A DNA stretch of 64,000 nucleotides from an uncultured Planctomycetales bacterium. GTDB lineage: Bacteria; 4484-113; JAFGCY01. Positions 9,391 through 18,455 of this stretch are shown piece after piece (positions within the stretch are counted from its first letter, which is position 1; each line of letters starts with the position of its first letter). Both the position numbers and the translations under genes were made by a program. The DNA lies in contig CAZEJB010000006.1 of the NCBI GenBank assembly GCA_964512635.1, positions 1,500-65,499 of the forward strand. The letters are read 5' to 3'. A model generated the notes under the pieces. The model was not told the origin of the DNA. It searched no databases and worked only from the letters and a program-made list of their open reading frames with translations.

Positions 9391-10692
9391 GTGCACAAAC
9401 AGGACACCGCCACGCTGAACCAGCACGCTCTGGCCGAGCGCCTGCGTGAGCTGCAGCTTAAGCAGTGGTGGGTTGCCAGGCAGATAGGTGTTACGCCCCT
9501 GACGGTCAACCGCTGGCTGACCGGCAAGGTCCGGCGTATCGGGCGCGACAATCTTGTGCGGCTGGCCGAGATACTCAAGTGCGACGAAGGGCTGCTGGTG
9601 ATCAGCGATGAGGCGGACCTGCTGGCGACCCAGGTTGAGCAGACCGAAGCCGCGCACCTGCTGACCAGCCGTGAAAGCCAGAGCCTGTTTATCGCCAGCA
9701 AGAAATATGACGTTTACGAGCAGCTGCTTAAGGCCGTCATGCACCCTAACATGAAGGCCCAGCAGCTGGCGGAGATTTATGCCCGGCTGAGTACCGCCGC
9801 GGCCGGCCAGGGAAAGCTGGAGCAGCTGCGCAGCTATGCGCGGGCCGGTCTTGAGTATGCAGTCCGAGCCGGCGATACAGATACTGAATTCCTGATCCGC
9901 AACAACCTGATTGCCTGCGAGGGCCAAAGCGGCAACCTGGCCAAGAGCATCAGCGGGCTGCGCGATCTGGCCAGCGCCGCCGAAAGCGTTGGCAACACCC
10001 GGGCCCGGGTGATCGCTTTGATGAACCTGCTGTATGCCCTGAGACTGAGCGGACGTCTTGCCGAGGCGGTACGCTTCGCCAATGAAGTCATTGCCTACCT
10101 TAACCATAGTGAGGAGCCGCGCCTGCAGGGCAACTCGCTGAGCAACTGCTCGCTGCTGGCGCTGGACCTTGGCCGCTATGACCTGGCCGCCAAGCTGCGG
10201 ATGGAGGCAGAGCGACGCGGCGGGACCGTTGCCGATACAACCCGTGATGCGATTGCGATGAGCTTTACACTGCTGTGCCGCAGTCTTGACGGCAGCCCGG
10301 TCGACCTTGAGCTTCTGCGCAGCAAGCTGCCCACCATCATGGCTCAGCCGCTGAGCGATGGCTTTGGCACCTGGTCGGTGACGATCCTGCGCCGGGCCGG
10401 GCAGCTTGACGAAGCCGCGGAACTGCTTGAGCGGGTGGCAGGGCGTGAACCGCGGCCGGCCTACGACGAGCCCTTCGTGCTTGAAGAGCGCGCGCGCCTC
10501 GAGCTGGCGCGCGGCAGGGTTGATGCGGCCCGAAAAGTGCGCGGACAGGCGAACGAGGCTCTGCGCCGGCTGGGCATGCAGGGGCGCGTCTGCGAGGATC
10601 CCGGCGCCGAGCCCGGGCAGCAGATAAAGCCGCCGGCCCGGCTGAAACTCAGCGAACCCTGGAACGACAGCTCAAGTATCTGGCGCTTGTGA
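9391..10692 (+). CDS. XRE-HTH + TPR-like regulator (paralog 2)
   Basis: GTG start, in frame with track ORF 9355. VHKQDTATLNQHALAERLRELQLKQWWVARQIGVTPLTVNRWLTGKVRRIGRDNLVRLAEILKC followed by a helical repeat domain. Conserved C-terminal …LGMQGR..EDPGAE…. Confidence 0.75.
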   Translation: MHKQDTATLNQHALAERLRELQLKQWWVARQIGVTPLTVNRWLTGKVRRIGRDNLVRLAEILKCDEGLLVISDEADLLATQVEQTEAAHLLTSRESQSLFIASKKYDVYEQLLKAVMHPNMKAQQLAEIYARLSTAAAGQGKLEQLRSYARAGLEYAVRAGDTDTEFLIRNNLIACEGQSGNLAKSISGLRDLASAAESVGNTRARVIALMNLLYALRLSGRLAEAVRFANEVIAYLNHSEEPRLQGNSLSNCSLLALDLGRYDLAAKLRMEAERRGGTVADTTRDAIAMSFTLLCRSLDGSPVDLELLRSKLPTIMAQPLSDGFGTWSVTILRRAGQLDEAAELLERVAGREPRPAYDEPFVLEERARLELARGRVDAARKVRGQANEALRRLGMQGRVCEDPGAEPGQQIKPPARLKLSEPWNDSSSIWRL

Positions 10693-10693
10693 C

Positions 10694-10699
10694 TATACT
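10694..10699 (+). promoter_or_regulatory. TATACT box 6 nt upstream of the GTG start of paralog 3
   Basis: gacTATACTctgccgGTG. Confidence 0.4.
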
Positions 10700-10705
10700 C
10701 TGCCG

Positions 10706-12046
10706 GTGCCGAAGATCGACACTGTTTCCATCAATCCACACGCCCTCGCCGAGCAGCTGCGCAGCCAGCAGCTCAAGCAGTGGTGGGTCGCGCGGCAGAT
10801 CGGCGTGACTCCGCTGACCGTAAACCGCTGGCTGACCGGCAAAGTGCGGCGCATCAGCCCGGAGAATCTAAAACGCCTCAGCGGCCTTCTGGGCTGTGAA
10901 CCGGGGGCGCTGAGCCTGCACGATGAAAGCGAGGCGCGGGCGACCCAGGTTGAGCAAAGCAGGGCATCCAGGCTGCTGGTTTCCAACGAAAGCCAGGACA
11001 TGTTTCTGCAGGCCGGCCATCTGGAGACCTATGAGCGTCTGATCAAGGCCGTTATGCACCCCAACCTGTCGCTGAGCGACCTGCTTGAAATCTATACGCT
11101 GTTGACAATGGTGGCGGGCCTGCGTGGCGACTTTGAGCGCAGCCTCAGCTATGCCCGGCTGAAGCTGGACTATGCCCTGCGCTGCGGCGACGCCGAAAAG
11201 GAGCTGGAGGCGCGGATCAACCTGGCAACAGCCCAGGGAGCGCTGGGCAACCTGATCGCTTCGCACCGCGGGCTGCTGGAGCTGTTCAGCGCGGCGGAAA
11301 GCCAGGGCGCCCAGCGCAGCATGGTGGTGGCGCTGATCAACCTGACGGCGACCTTTCACCTGCTGGGGGATGTCGGTGCTTCGCTGCGCTCCGCGATCCG
11401 TGGGCTGGAGCTGCTGCAGACGGTCAGTTCCGAGCAAGGCTCCGAGCCTGATGAGCACTGGCGGATCCAGGCCAGTTCGTATATCTACTTTGCGGCGACC
11501 AGCGTAGCGCTGGAGAGCGGCGAGTTCGACCTGGTACGGCTGCTGATTCAGGCCCAGGCCCGGGCCAGCGAGATGATGCTGACCCCGATCGAGCGGGAGA
11601 CGCTGGAGCAGGCCGACATGCTTTGCACCAGCCTGCAGGGCGGAGAGGTTGACCCGGCAGCCTTGGACAGGCAGGTCAGCAGCACGCGCGAGTTCGACCA
11701 GTTCGCCATCGGTGGCTCGATTTATCCCGCGGTGCTGCTGCGGCGCAGCGGCCGTGCGCCGGAGGCGCAGGCATTTCTTGACTCGATCCAGGACAAGCCC
11801 TGTTGCCAGCGCTATGAGTCGGCCTACATTGCTGAAGAGCGGGCCAGGATTAATGCCGCCGGAGGAAAGGCCGAAACGGCGCTGGATCTGCGCGAACAGG
11901 CGAATCAGATTCTGCAGAGTCTGGGCATGCTGCGGCGGATTCAGCCGGATCCGGCTCTGGAGTTCGGCTCGCAGTTCCGGATGCCCGCGCGGCTGAGAAC
12001 CCAGCTCCAGACGCTTGCGCGAGCCGAAATCGAGCGGCAAGGCTGA
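10706..12046 (+). CDS. XRE-HTH + TPR-like regulator (paralog 3)
   Basis: 446 aa. MPKIDTVSINPHALAEQLRSQQLKQWWVARQIGVTPLTVNRWLTGKVRRIS…. Confidence 0.8.
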   Translation: MPKIDTVSINPHALAEQLRSQQLKQWWVARQIGVTPLTVNRWLTGKVRRISPENLKRLSGLLGCEPGALSLHDESEARATQVEQSRASRLLVSNESQDMFLQAGHLETYERLIKAVMHPNLSLSDLLEIYTLLTMVAGLRGDFERSLSYARLKLDYALRCGDAEKELEARINLATAQGALGNLIASHRGLLELFSAAESQGAQRSMVVALINLTATFHLLGDVGASLRSAIRGLELLQTVSSEQGSEPDEHWRIQASSYIYFAATSVALESGEFDLVRLLIQAQARASEMMLTPIERETLEQADMLCTSLQGGEVDPAALDRQVSSTREFDQFAIGGSIYPAVLLRRSGRAPEAQAFLDSIQDKPCCQRYESAYIAEERARINAAGGKAETALDLREQANQILQSLGMLRRIQPDPALEFGSQFRMPARLRTQLQTLARAEIERQG

Positions 12047-12095
12047 GAGAGAGCGCATTCGGCTAAATTGGACCAGCAACTGTCCGAGTTATGCG

Positions 12096-12101
12096 TATAC
12101 T
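12096..12101 (+). promoter_or_regulatory. TATACT box 6 nt upstream of the GTG start of paralog 4
   Basis: gTATACTtctgccGTG. Confidence 0.4.
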
Positions 12102-12107
12102 TCTGCC

Positions 12108-13457
12108 GTGCAAAGATTGGATACCGCGACACTGAACCACGAGGCGCTGGCCGAGCTGCTGCACGGCCGCAGCCTGAAGCAGTGGTGGGTGGCGCGCCAG
12201 ATCGGGGTAGTGCCGCTGACAGTCAACCGCTGGCTGACCGGCAAGGTGCGGCGGATCAGCCTCGACAACCTGGAGCGGCTGGCCCGGCTGCTTGAGTGTT
12301 CTGCCGATACGCTGGTGCTGAAAGACAACGTGCAGGTGCGGGCAACCCAGGTGGAACAATCGCAGGCGGCGCGGATGCTGATTACGCCGGAAAGCCAGGA
12401 TATGTTCGTCAAGGCCGGCCAGCTTGAGACCTATGAGCATTTGATCAAGGCGGTAATGCACCCCAACCTCGCTCTCAACACCCTGCTTGAAGTTTATTCA
12501 GTCCTGACGCTGGTGGCAGGGCTGAAGGGCGACTTCAACCGCAGCTATGAGTATGCCAAGCTGAAGCTGGACTATGCGCTGCGCTGCGGCGACGCCGACA
12601 AGGAACTGGAAGCGCGGATCAACCATGTCAGTGCGCAGGCTGCGCTGGGCAAACTGGCTGCTTCGCATCGCGGCCTGCTGGATTTGTACAGCACCGCCGA
12701 AAGCCAGGGAGCGGTGCGCAGCATGGTCCTGACCCGGATCAATCTAATCGCCACCTACCGGCTGCTTGGCCGGATGACGGCGGCTATGCGCTGCGGACTT
12801 GAAACCCTGCGCCTGCTGGAGGCCCTGCAGGCAGAGAATGACGACCAGCACCACTGGCGACAGCTGGCGGCTTCCTATGCGCTCTTTTCCATCACAACCT
12901 CGGCCCTCGAGTGCGGTGAGGACGAACTGGTACGGCTGCTGTTGAGAATTCAGCAACCCTTCATCGAGCAATTCCACACTCCAATTGAGCGGCTGACCAT
13001 GGAAGCTACCGAGATGCTGCTTGATCTGCGCTCCGGGGGCAAGGTAGATCAGCAGCGGCTGGATGAGCTTGGCGCCGCCTTTCTGGAGGCCAATCAGTAC
13101 GGAATTGGCGGTTCTATCCTGCCCTCTCTTTGCCTGCGTGGGAGCGGACGTTTCGAGGATGCGGCTGCTTATCTGGAGGCCGTTGAGTCAAGCCCGGGAT
13201 GCGAAAAGTACGAGGCTTGCTTTGTTGCAGACGAATGGCAGCGGCTGCACCAGGCCATGGGCAACAGCCGCAAGGCCAGCAGGGCCGCAGCACGTTCCCG
13301 GGCGCTGAAGCTGGGCTTCGGCATGATCCGGGAAGCACAGGCGGACTGTGTAGAGTTTGGCCGGCAGTACACGCTGCCACCGGCCCTGGTGCGCCGGATT
13401 GCGCTGCTTGCTCCGCAGGTTATCGGGCAGGTTCTGGCGAAGCGCAGCACGGGATAA
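12108..13457 (+). CDS. XRE-HTH + TPR-like regulator (paralog 4)
   Basis: GTG start in frame with track ORF 12015. (M)QRLDTATLNHEALAELLHGRSLKQWWVARQIGVVPLTVNRWLTGKVRRISLDNLERLARLLEC…. Confidence 0.75.
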   Translation: MQRLDTATLNHEALAELLHGRSLKQWWVARQIGVVPLTVNRWLTGKVRRISLDNLERLARLLECSADTLVLKDNVQVRATQVEQSQAARMLITPESQDMFVKAGQLETYEHLIKAVMHPNLALNTLLEVYSVLTLVAGLKGDFNRSYEYAKLKLDYALRCGDADKELEARINHVSAQAALGKLAASHRGLLDLYSTAESQGAVRSMVLTRINLIATYRLLGRMTAAMRCGLETLRLLEALQAENDDQHHWRQLAASYALFSITTSALECGEDELVRLLLRIQQPFIEQFHTPIERLTMEATEMLLDLRSGGKVDQQRLDELGAAFLEANQYGIGGSILPSLCLRGSGRFEDAAAYLEAVESSPGCEKYEACFVADEWQRLHQAMGNSRKASRAAARSRALKLGFGMIREAQADCVEFGRQYTLPPALVRRIALLAPQVIGQVLAKRSTG

Positions 13458-13479
13458 GCGGCAGCACTCAGAACATTAC

Positions 13480-13485
13480 TATACT
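13480..13485 (+). promoter_or_regulatory. TATACT box 7 nt upstream of the TTG start of paralog 5
   Basis: acTATACTgattgccTTGcataag. Confidence 0.35.
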
Positions 13486-13492
13486 GATTGCC

Positions 13493-14791
13493 TTGCATAA
13501 GCAGGACACCGCCACTTTGAACCAGGAGGCACTTGCCGCGCGCATGCATAAGCTTGGCGCGAAGCAGGCCTGGCTGGCGCTGGCCATAAATGTCACCCCT
13601 CTGACCGTCAACCGCTGGATGACCGGCAAGGTCAAGCGCATCAGCCGTGACAACCTGGCCCGACTGGCTGAGGCGCTTAAATGCGATCCCGACAGTCTGG
13701 TCTTCGCCGACGAGACTGATGTGGTGGCGACCGAGCTGGAGCAGTCGGCTGCGGCCCGGCTGCTGGTCAGGCGCGAGAATCAGGAGCTGTTCATCAAGGC
13801 CGGGCAGATGGAGAGCTACGAACGTCTGATCAAGGCAGTGGTGCATCCGCGTCTGCCACTTTCAGACCTGGCGGACATCTACAGCTCGCTGACCTTTGCC
13901 GCCGCCAAGCAGGGCAAGCTGGAGGATATCCGGCGCTACGCCCGGATGAAGCTGGAGTATGCCCAGCGCATCGGCGACGGCGCCCGCGAGCTGGGGGCAC
14001 GCACGCACCTGGTTCTGGTTGACGCTGAGGAAGGCAAGCTGCTAAAGGCACGCCGCGGTCTGCTGGACCTGCTTTCTTCTGCGGAGAGTCAGGGGCTGAC
14101 CAAGGGAACGAGCATTCCAATGATCAACCTGATCCAGGTCTACCGCCTGCTGGGAGATCCGCGCCGCGCCTGCGCCTATACCATCAGGGTCTTCCGCTAT
14201 CTGAGCGGGCGGCCGGATACATCCTGGCCCCGCGCCTATGCCTGCGGGAACATGGCGCTGGTGGCGGCTGATACCGGCAGGTTCCGTCTGGCCCGCAAGC
14301 TCAAGCAGGCCGAAGCGCAGCTCAGCCGCGTGCAGTCGCCGCACGAGCGCTGTGAAGGTTCGCTGTTCAAGCTGGCAATGCTCAGCCTCGGCGGTGGCGA
14401 CGAAGGGCGGGAGAACCTTGAGGCCCTGGTCAAAACCTATCTCGGCTCCACGAAGTTTGGCGATGGCCATGCAGCCTGGCCCGCGCTGATCTGGCGACGC
14501 CGGGGCGGTTTGAAACAGGCGATGGACTACCTTGATGCCTTGGACACGCACAGCGCCTGCGGGGTTTACGAGCGGCCCTTCATCCTGCGCGAGCGAGCGC
14601 GCCTGCTGGCTGCGCTGGAGGACCACCATGCTGCAGACGAAGTGCTGCAGGAGGCGAATGAGCTGTTTCGCAATCTGGCCATGCGCCGCCGCTGCGAAGA
14701 CGATCCGGCCGCCGAGTTTGGAAGCCAGCTCAAGCTGAGCCCGCGCAGCGCGAGTGAGGTTGTAAACCTGCTGCCGGCAGTTTTGACCTGA
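13493..14791 (+). CDS. XRE-HTH + TPR-like regulator (paralog 5)
   Basis: TTG start in frame with track ORF 13199. (L)HKQDTATLNQEALAARMHKLGAKQAWLALAINVTPLTVNRWMTGKVKRISRDNLARLAEALKC… The upstream part of the track ORF overlaps paralog 4. Confidence 0.7.
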   Translation: MHKQDTATLNQEALAARMHKLGAKQAWLALAINVTPLTVNRWMTGKVKRISRDNLARLAEALKCDPDSLVFADETDVVATELEQSAAARLLVRRENQELFIKAGQMESYERLIKAVVHPRLPLSDLADIYSSLTFAAAKQGKLEDIRRYARMKLEYAQRIGDGARELGARTHLVLVDAEEGKLLKARRGLLDLLSSAESQGLTKGTSIPMINLIQVYRLLGDPRRACAYTIRVFRYLSGRPDTSWPRAYACGNMALVAADTGRFRLARKLKQAEAQLSRVQSPHERCEGSLFKLAMLSLGGGDEGRENLEALVKTYLGSTKFGDGHAAWPALIWRRRGGLKQAMDYLDALDTHSACGVYERPFILRERARLLAALEDHHAADEVLQEANELFRNLAMRRRCEDDPAAEFGSQLKLSPRSASEVVNLLPAVLT

Positions 14792-14803
14792 TACAGAGCT
14801 GTC

Positions 14804-14809
14804 TATACT
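14804..14809 (+). promoter_or_regulatory. TATACT box 8 nt upstream of the GTG start of paralog 6
   Basis: gtcTATACTgttgtcccGTG. Confidence 0.4.
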
Positions 14810-14817
14810 GTTGTCCC

Positions 14818-16146
14818 GTGCTGAAACAGAACACTGTCGCCCTAAACCAGCTAGCCCTGGCCGAGCGACTGCGCGAACAGGACCTGAAACAGTACTGGGT
14901 GGCGCGTCAGATTGGCGTGACACCTCTGACAGTCAACCGCTGGCTGACCGGTAAGGTGCGACGCATTTCCCTTGATAACCTGGAGCGACTGGCTGAACTG
15001 TTGAAGTGCACGCAGGAGAGCCTGATCCTGCACAATGAGTTGCAATCCCAGGCCACGCAGGCCGAACAGTCACAGGCCGCGCGCCTGCTGGTCAGCCGCG
15101 AAACGCAGGCCCTGTTTGTCGCCCAAAGCCAGTTTTCCAGTTATGAGAGCCTGCTGCGCGCAGTTATGCACCCCAACCTGCCGCTGCGGGATCTGCTGGC
15201 GACCTATAGCAGCCTGACCATGGCTGCCGCCGAACAGGGACGCTTCGAGCAGGCGCGCAGCTATGGCCAGGCGCGGCTGGAGCTGGCGGCGCGGGCAGGG
15301 GATTTATCCAATGAACTTGAAGCAAGGCTGAACTTGCTGACCATTGACGGCGCCGACGGTCAGATCCTGCGGGCGCGCAAGGGCATCGAAGACCTTGTGC
15401 AGGATGCCCGCTGGCTGCCTGATTTTCGCGGCTTTGGTATGGCCCTGATGAACCTGTACTACATCTATTACCTGCAGGGCGAGCTTGACCCGGCGGTCAG
15501 GATGCTGCGCCGGGCCCTGGCCCAGTGCGCGCTGCAATACTGGCTGCAGATCCGAGATTCTCTGTTCCTTCAGGGCTGCCTGATGGCGCTGGAGATCGGT
15601 GAGCTCGAACTCGCCGAGCGCTGCCGGCAACTGAGCCTGAATGTCCGCCAGCTGACCCTGTCGCGGGACCAGCGTCTGGTGCTGAACATGCTGGGGCATC
15701 TGATCGCTTCGCTGCGCGGGCATCCGCCGGATATGCCGGCCATCGATCAGCTGCTGGCTGACTTCGCGGCCGCCGAGACCCACGACGAGCTCAGCCTGCA
15801 CATTCCGGCAGCAGTGCTGCGGCAGGCCGGCAGGCTCGAGGAGGCCGGCGACTACCTGCGGCAGGTCAGCCGCAGGAAACAGGGCCGGGCCTATGACGCC
15901 CCCTTTCTGCAGGCGGAAAGCGCGCGGCTGGCCCAGGCGCGCGGGCATGCTGTGCGCGCCGCCAAGATGGCCGCCAAGTCGCGCCAGTCCTGCCTTGAAC
16001 TGTGCCTGGATGCCCGGGCAAAGGCCGACCCGCTCAAGGATTTGGGAGGCATCAAGATCAGCGCCGCGGGGCGCCGCCTGCTGTTCGAACTGGTCGCGCA
16101 GGAAGAGGATCTGCTGGCCCGCACTGGTCCCGGGCCTGCCGGCTGA
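14818..16146 (+). CDS. XRE-HTH + TPR-like regulator (paralog 6)
   Basis: 442 aa. MLKQNTVALNQLALAERLREQDLKQYWVARQIGVTPLTVNRWLTGKVRRISLDNLERLAELLKC…. Confidence 0.8.
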   Translation: MLKQNTVALNQLALAERLREQDLKQYWVARQIGVTPLTVNRWLTGKVRRISLDNLERLAELLKCTQESLILHNELQSQATQAEQSQAARLLVSRETQALFVAQSQFSSYESLLRAVMHPNLPLRDLLATYSSLTMAAAEQGRFEQARSYGQARLELAARAGDLSNELEARLNLLTIDGADGQILRARKGIEDLVQDARWLPDFRGFGMALMNLYYIYYLQGELDPAVRMLRRALAQCALQYWLQIRDSLFLQGCLMALEIGELELAERCRQLSLNVRQLTLSRDQRLVLNMLGHLIASLRGHPPDMPAIDQLLADFAAAETHDELSLHIPAAVLRQAGRLEEAGDYLRQVSRRKQGRAYDAPFLQAESARLAQARGHAVRAAKMAAKSRQSCLELCLDARAKADPLKDLGGIKISAAGRRLLFELVAQEEDLLARTGPGPAG

Positions 16147-16203
16147 CCGGCATTCTGAAAGAGTGCAGGGGCCGCTGGGCCCCTTGGGTGTACAATCCGC
16201 CGC

Positions 16204-16680
16204 ATGATCCTCTCCGAACGCCTCGCCCAGCTTGGCCTGAGCATGCCCAAACTGGCCATGCCGGTGGCCAACTATGTGCCGTACAAGATGGTGCTCGACA
16301 AGCAGGCCACCGGGATGCTCTATATCTCAGGCATGATCCCCATCGTTGACGGCAAGCTGGTGCACAGCGGCAAGGTCGGCGTGGACGTCTCCATCGAGCA
16401 AGCCATCGAGTGCGCGCGCATTTGCACGCTGAACGGCCTGGCCTGGGTTAATGAGGCCCTGGTCGGCGACATGAGCAGGATCTGGGAGGTCGTGAAGGTG
16501 CAGGTCTTTGTGGCCAGCAGCCTTGACTTCCACGATCAGCCGCGGGTAGCGAACGGCTGCTCCGATCTGATCGTCGAGATCTTCGGCGAGCGCGGCAAGC
16601 ATGCCCGTGCGGCCGTCGGCGTGGCGGTGCTGCCGCTTAACGCGCCGGTTGAAATCGACTTCATTATCTCTGTTCAGTAG
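16204..16680 (+). CDS. RidA/YjgF-family protein (reactive enamine/imine deaminase family)
   Basis: 158 aa. …GKVGVDVSIEQAIECARICTLNGLAWVNEALVG…VKVQVFVASSLDF…AAVGVAVLPLNAPVEIDFII. Confidence 0.8.
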   Translation: MILSERLAQLGLSMPKLAMPVANYVPYKMVLDKQATGMLYISGMIPIVDGKLVHSGKVGVDVSIEQAIECARICTLNGLAWVNEALVGDMSRIWEVVKVQVFVASSLDFHDQPRVANGCSDLIVEIFGERGKHARAAVGVAVLPLNAPVEIDFIISVQ

Positions 16681-16754
16681 TCCCGGGCATTAACTGCGAC
16701 GGGCCTGAACGGGTGAAATGTATACTGTTGCTTTCCACTGTTGACGAGGGTTGA

Positions 16755-18167
16755 ATGTACCGGATTTATCTCTGGGTTGCGGCACTGACTGCTGTCTGCG
16801 CCGCGCTGATGTTCAGCGCCTGCCTCAGCCAGGCCCAGCCCCACGCGCCATTTGCAATTGCCTACAACTTTGATACCAGCGGCTATCTTGAGACCTGCGG
16901 CTGCTCAGCGCATCAGCTTGGCGGCCTGGGCCGCCGCGCGACAAAGCTTGATGAGCTGCGCCAGAAGCAGCCGGTGCTGGCGCTGGAAGGCGCGCACATC
17001 GTCGCCGACAAGGGCGGCTTCCAGCTTTTCAAGGGCCAGATCATCATCGCCAGCCTCAACGCGATGGGCTACAGCGGCATGCAGATCGGCGTGCGCGAGG
17101 CCCAGCAGGGCAAGGGCGACCTGGCCAAGCTGGTGGAGGGGGCGACCTTCCCCTGCTTCAGCGCCAACCTGCTGATCGACGGCAAGCCCTGGGAGACCGG
17201 CAGCTTTGTCACCGAGATCGCCGGCAACAAGATCGGGGTGACCGGCGTGACCCAGCCGGAGATGACCCGCGACCTGGAGATGCCCGCCGAGATGGCCTTT
17301 GCCAATCCGCAGGATGCGCTTGACGGCGCGCTGGCCACGCTGGATAACCAGCAGGTCGATTGTGTGGTCGTGTTGCTTGAAGGCGGCTACGAGTGGGTCG
17401 AGCAGATCTGTGCGCAATACAGCGGGCGGGCGGATGTGTTCCTGTCCGGCAACCGCGACGAGGGCTCGGCCAAGCTGGAGTTCAAGAGCGGCCCGCCGCG
17501 GCTGAATGTCTGGGACAAGGGCCGCTTTATGGGCCTGCTGACAGTCGACCCGATCATTGGCAATGGTTCAAGCCCAACCGGCTGGAACATCGCCGGGACG
17601 ACCGTGCAGCTTAATGACCAGCTTGAGGACGCTGTGGCGATCAAGCAGATCCTGGACAACGACTACAAGCCCAAGCTGAAGGACATGTTCTTTGATGTCT
17701 TCAAGGCCGACCTGCCGCAGCTTTTCATGCCGCCGGAATACTGCGCCGACTGCCACAAGCGCGAGTACGAGACCTACATGAAGACCGGCCACTCACGGGC
17801 GATGAAGACCCTGGAGGACAAGGGCCAGCTTTATAACCCCGACTGCATGAAATGCCACCTGACCTATGACTCGCGGGAAGACAAGCTCTACAGCATGGGC
17901 TGTGTTACCTGCCACACCAACATCACCGACGACCATGTCTGGCAGGCGACCGCTGATCCCAAGACGGTGGTCAAGCCTGAGACGCCGGTCACGACCTACA
18001 CCCACGACTGGTGCTATCGCTGCCACGACCCCCTGAACAGTGTTGAGTTTGAAGGCCACTGGCCGCAGTACATTAACAAGGTCTTCCACGGCGGCGACAT
18101 GAGCGAAGCCGAGCAGGCGGCCAAGGATATGGGCATCAACATCAAGGACCCACCGCCGGCGCATTAG
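16755..18167 (+). CDS. lipoprotein with a C-terminal tetra-heme c-type cytochrome domain (4 CxxCH motifs) and an uncharacterised N-terminal domain
   Basis: Signal peptide with lipobox FSAC. Heme motifs CADCH, CMKCH, CVTCH and CYRCH in the last 150 aa. Confidence 0.7.
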   Translation: MYRIYLWVAALTAVCAALMFSACLSQAQPHAPFAIAYNFDTSGYLETCGCSAHQLGGLGRRATKLDELRQKQPVLALEGAHIVADKGGFQLFKGQIIIASLNAMGYSGMQIGVREAQQGKGDLAKLVEGATFPCFSANLLIDGKPWETGSFVTEIAGNKIGVTGVTQPEMTRDLEMPAEMAFANPQDALDGALATLDNQQVDCVVVLLEGGYEWVEQICAQYSGRADVFLSGNRDEGSAKLEFKSGPPRLNVWDKGRFMGLLTVDPIIGNGSSPTGWNIAGTTVQLNDQLEDAVAIKQILDNDYKPKLKDMFFDVFKADLPQLFMPPEYCADCHKREYETYMKTGHSRAMKTLEDKGQLYNPDCMKCHLTYDSREDKLYSMGCVTCHTNITDDHVWQATADPKTVVKPETPVTTYTHDWCYRCHDPLNSVEFEGHWPQYINKVFHGGDMSEAEQAAKDMGINIKDPPPAH

Positions 18168-18455
18168 TTGTAGTTCGCAGTGCTCAGTGCTCAGTGCTCA
18201 GTGGTACGTTGTCGGTGGTCAGTAAGATCCGGAGGGGCCCAGCTCGCCTGGGCCCGCGGCGAGACATGCGGCTCGATGCCAATTCTCGGCTCTAATCTCC
18301 GGATGGTGTCAGTGGCCCGGCTCGCACCGTCCCCTCCGATCACCGAGGCATCTTGGTAGATACGGGCATCGAATTGTCACCCATGCCGCGGGCCGGGGCA
18401 AGCCCGGCCCCTCCGGAAAAGCGGCGCGGTGCAGGCATGCCTGCAGCCTACAAAA

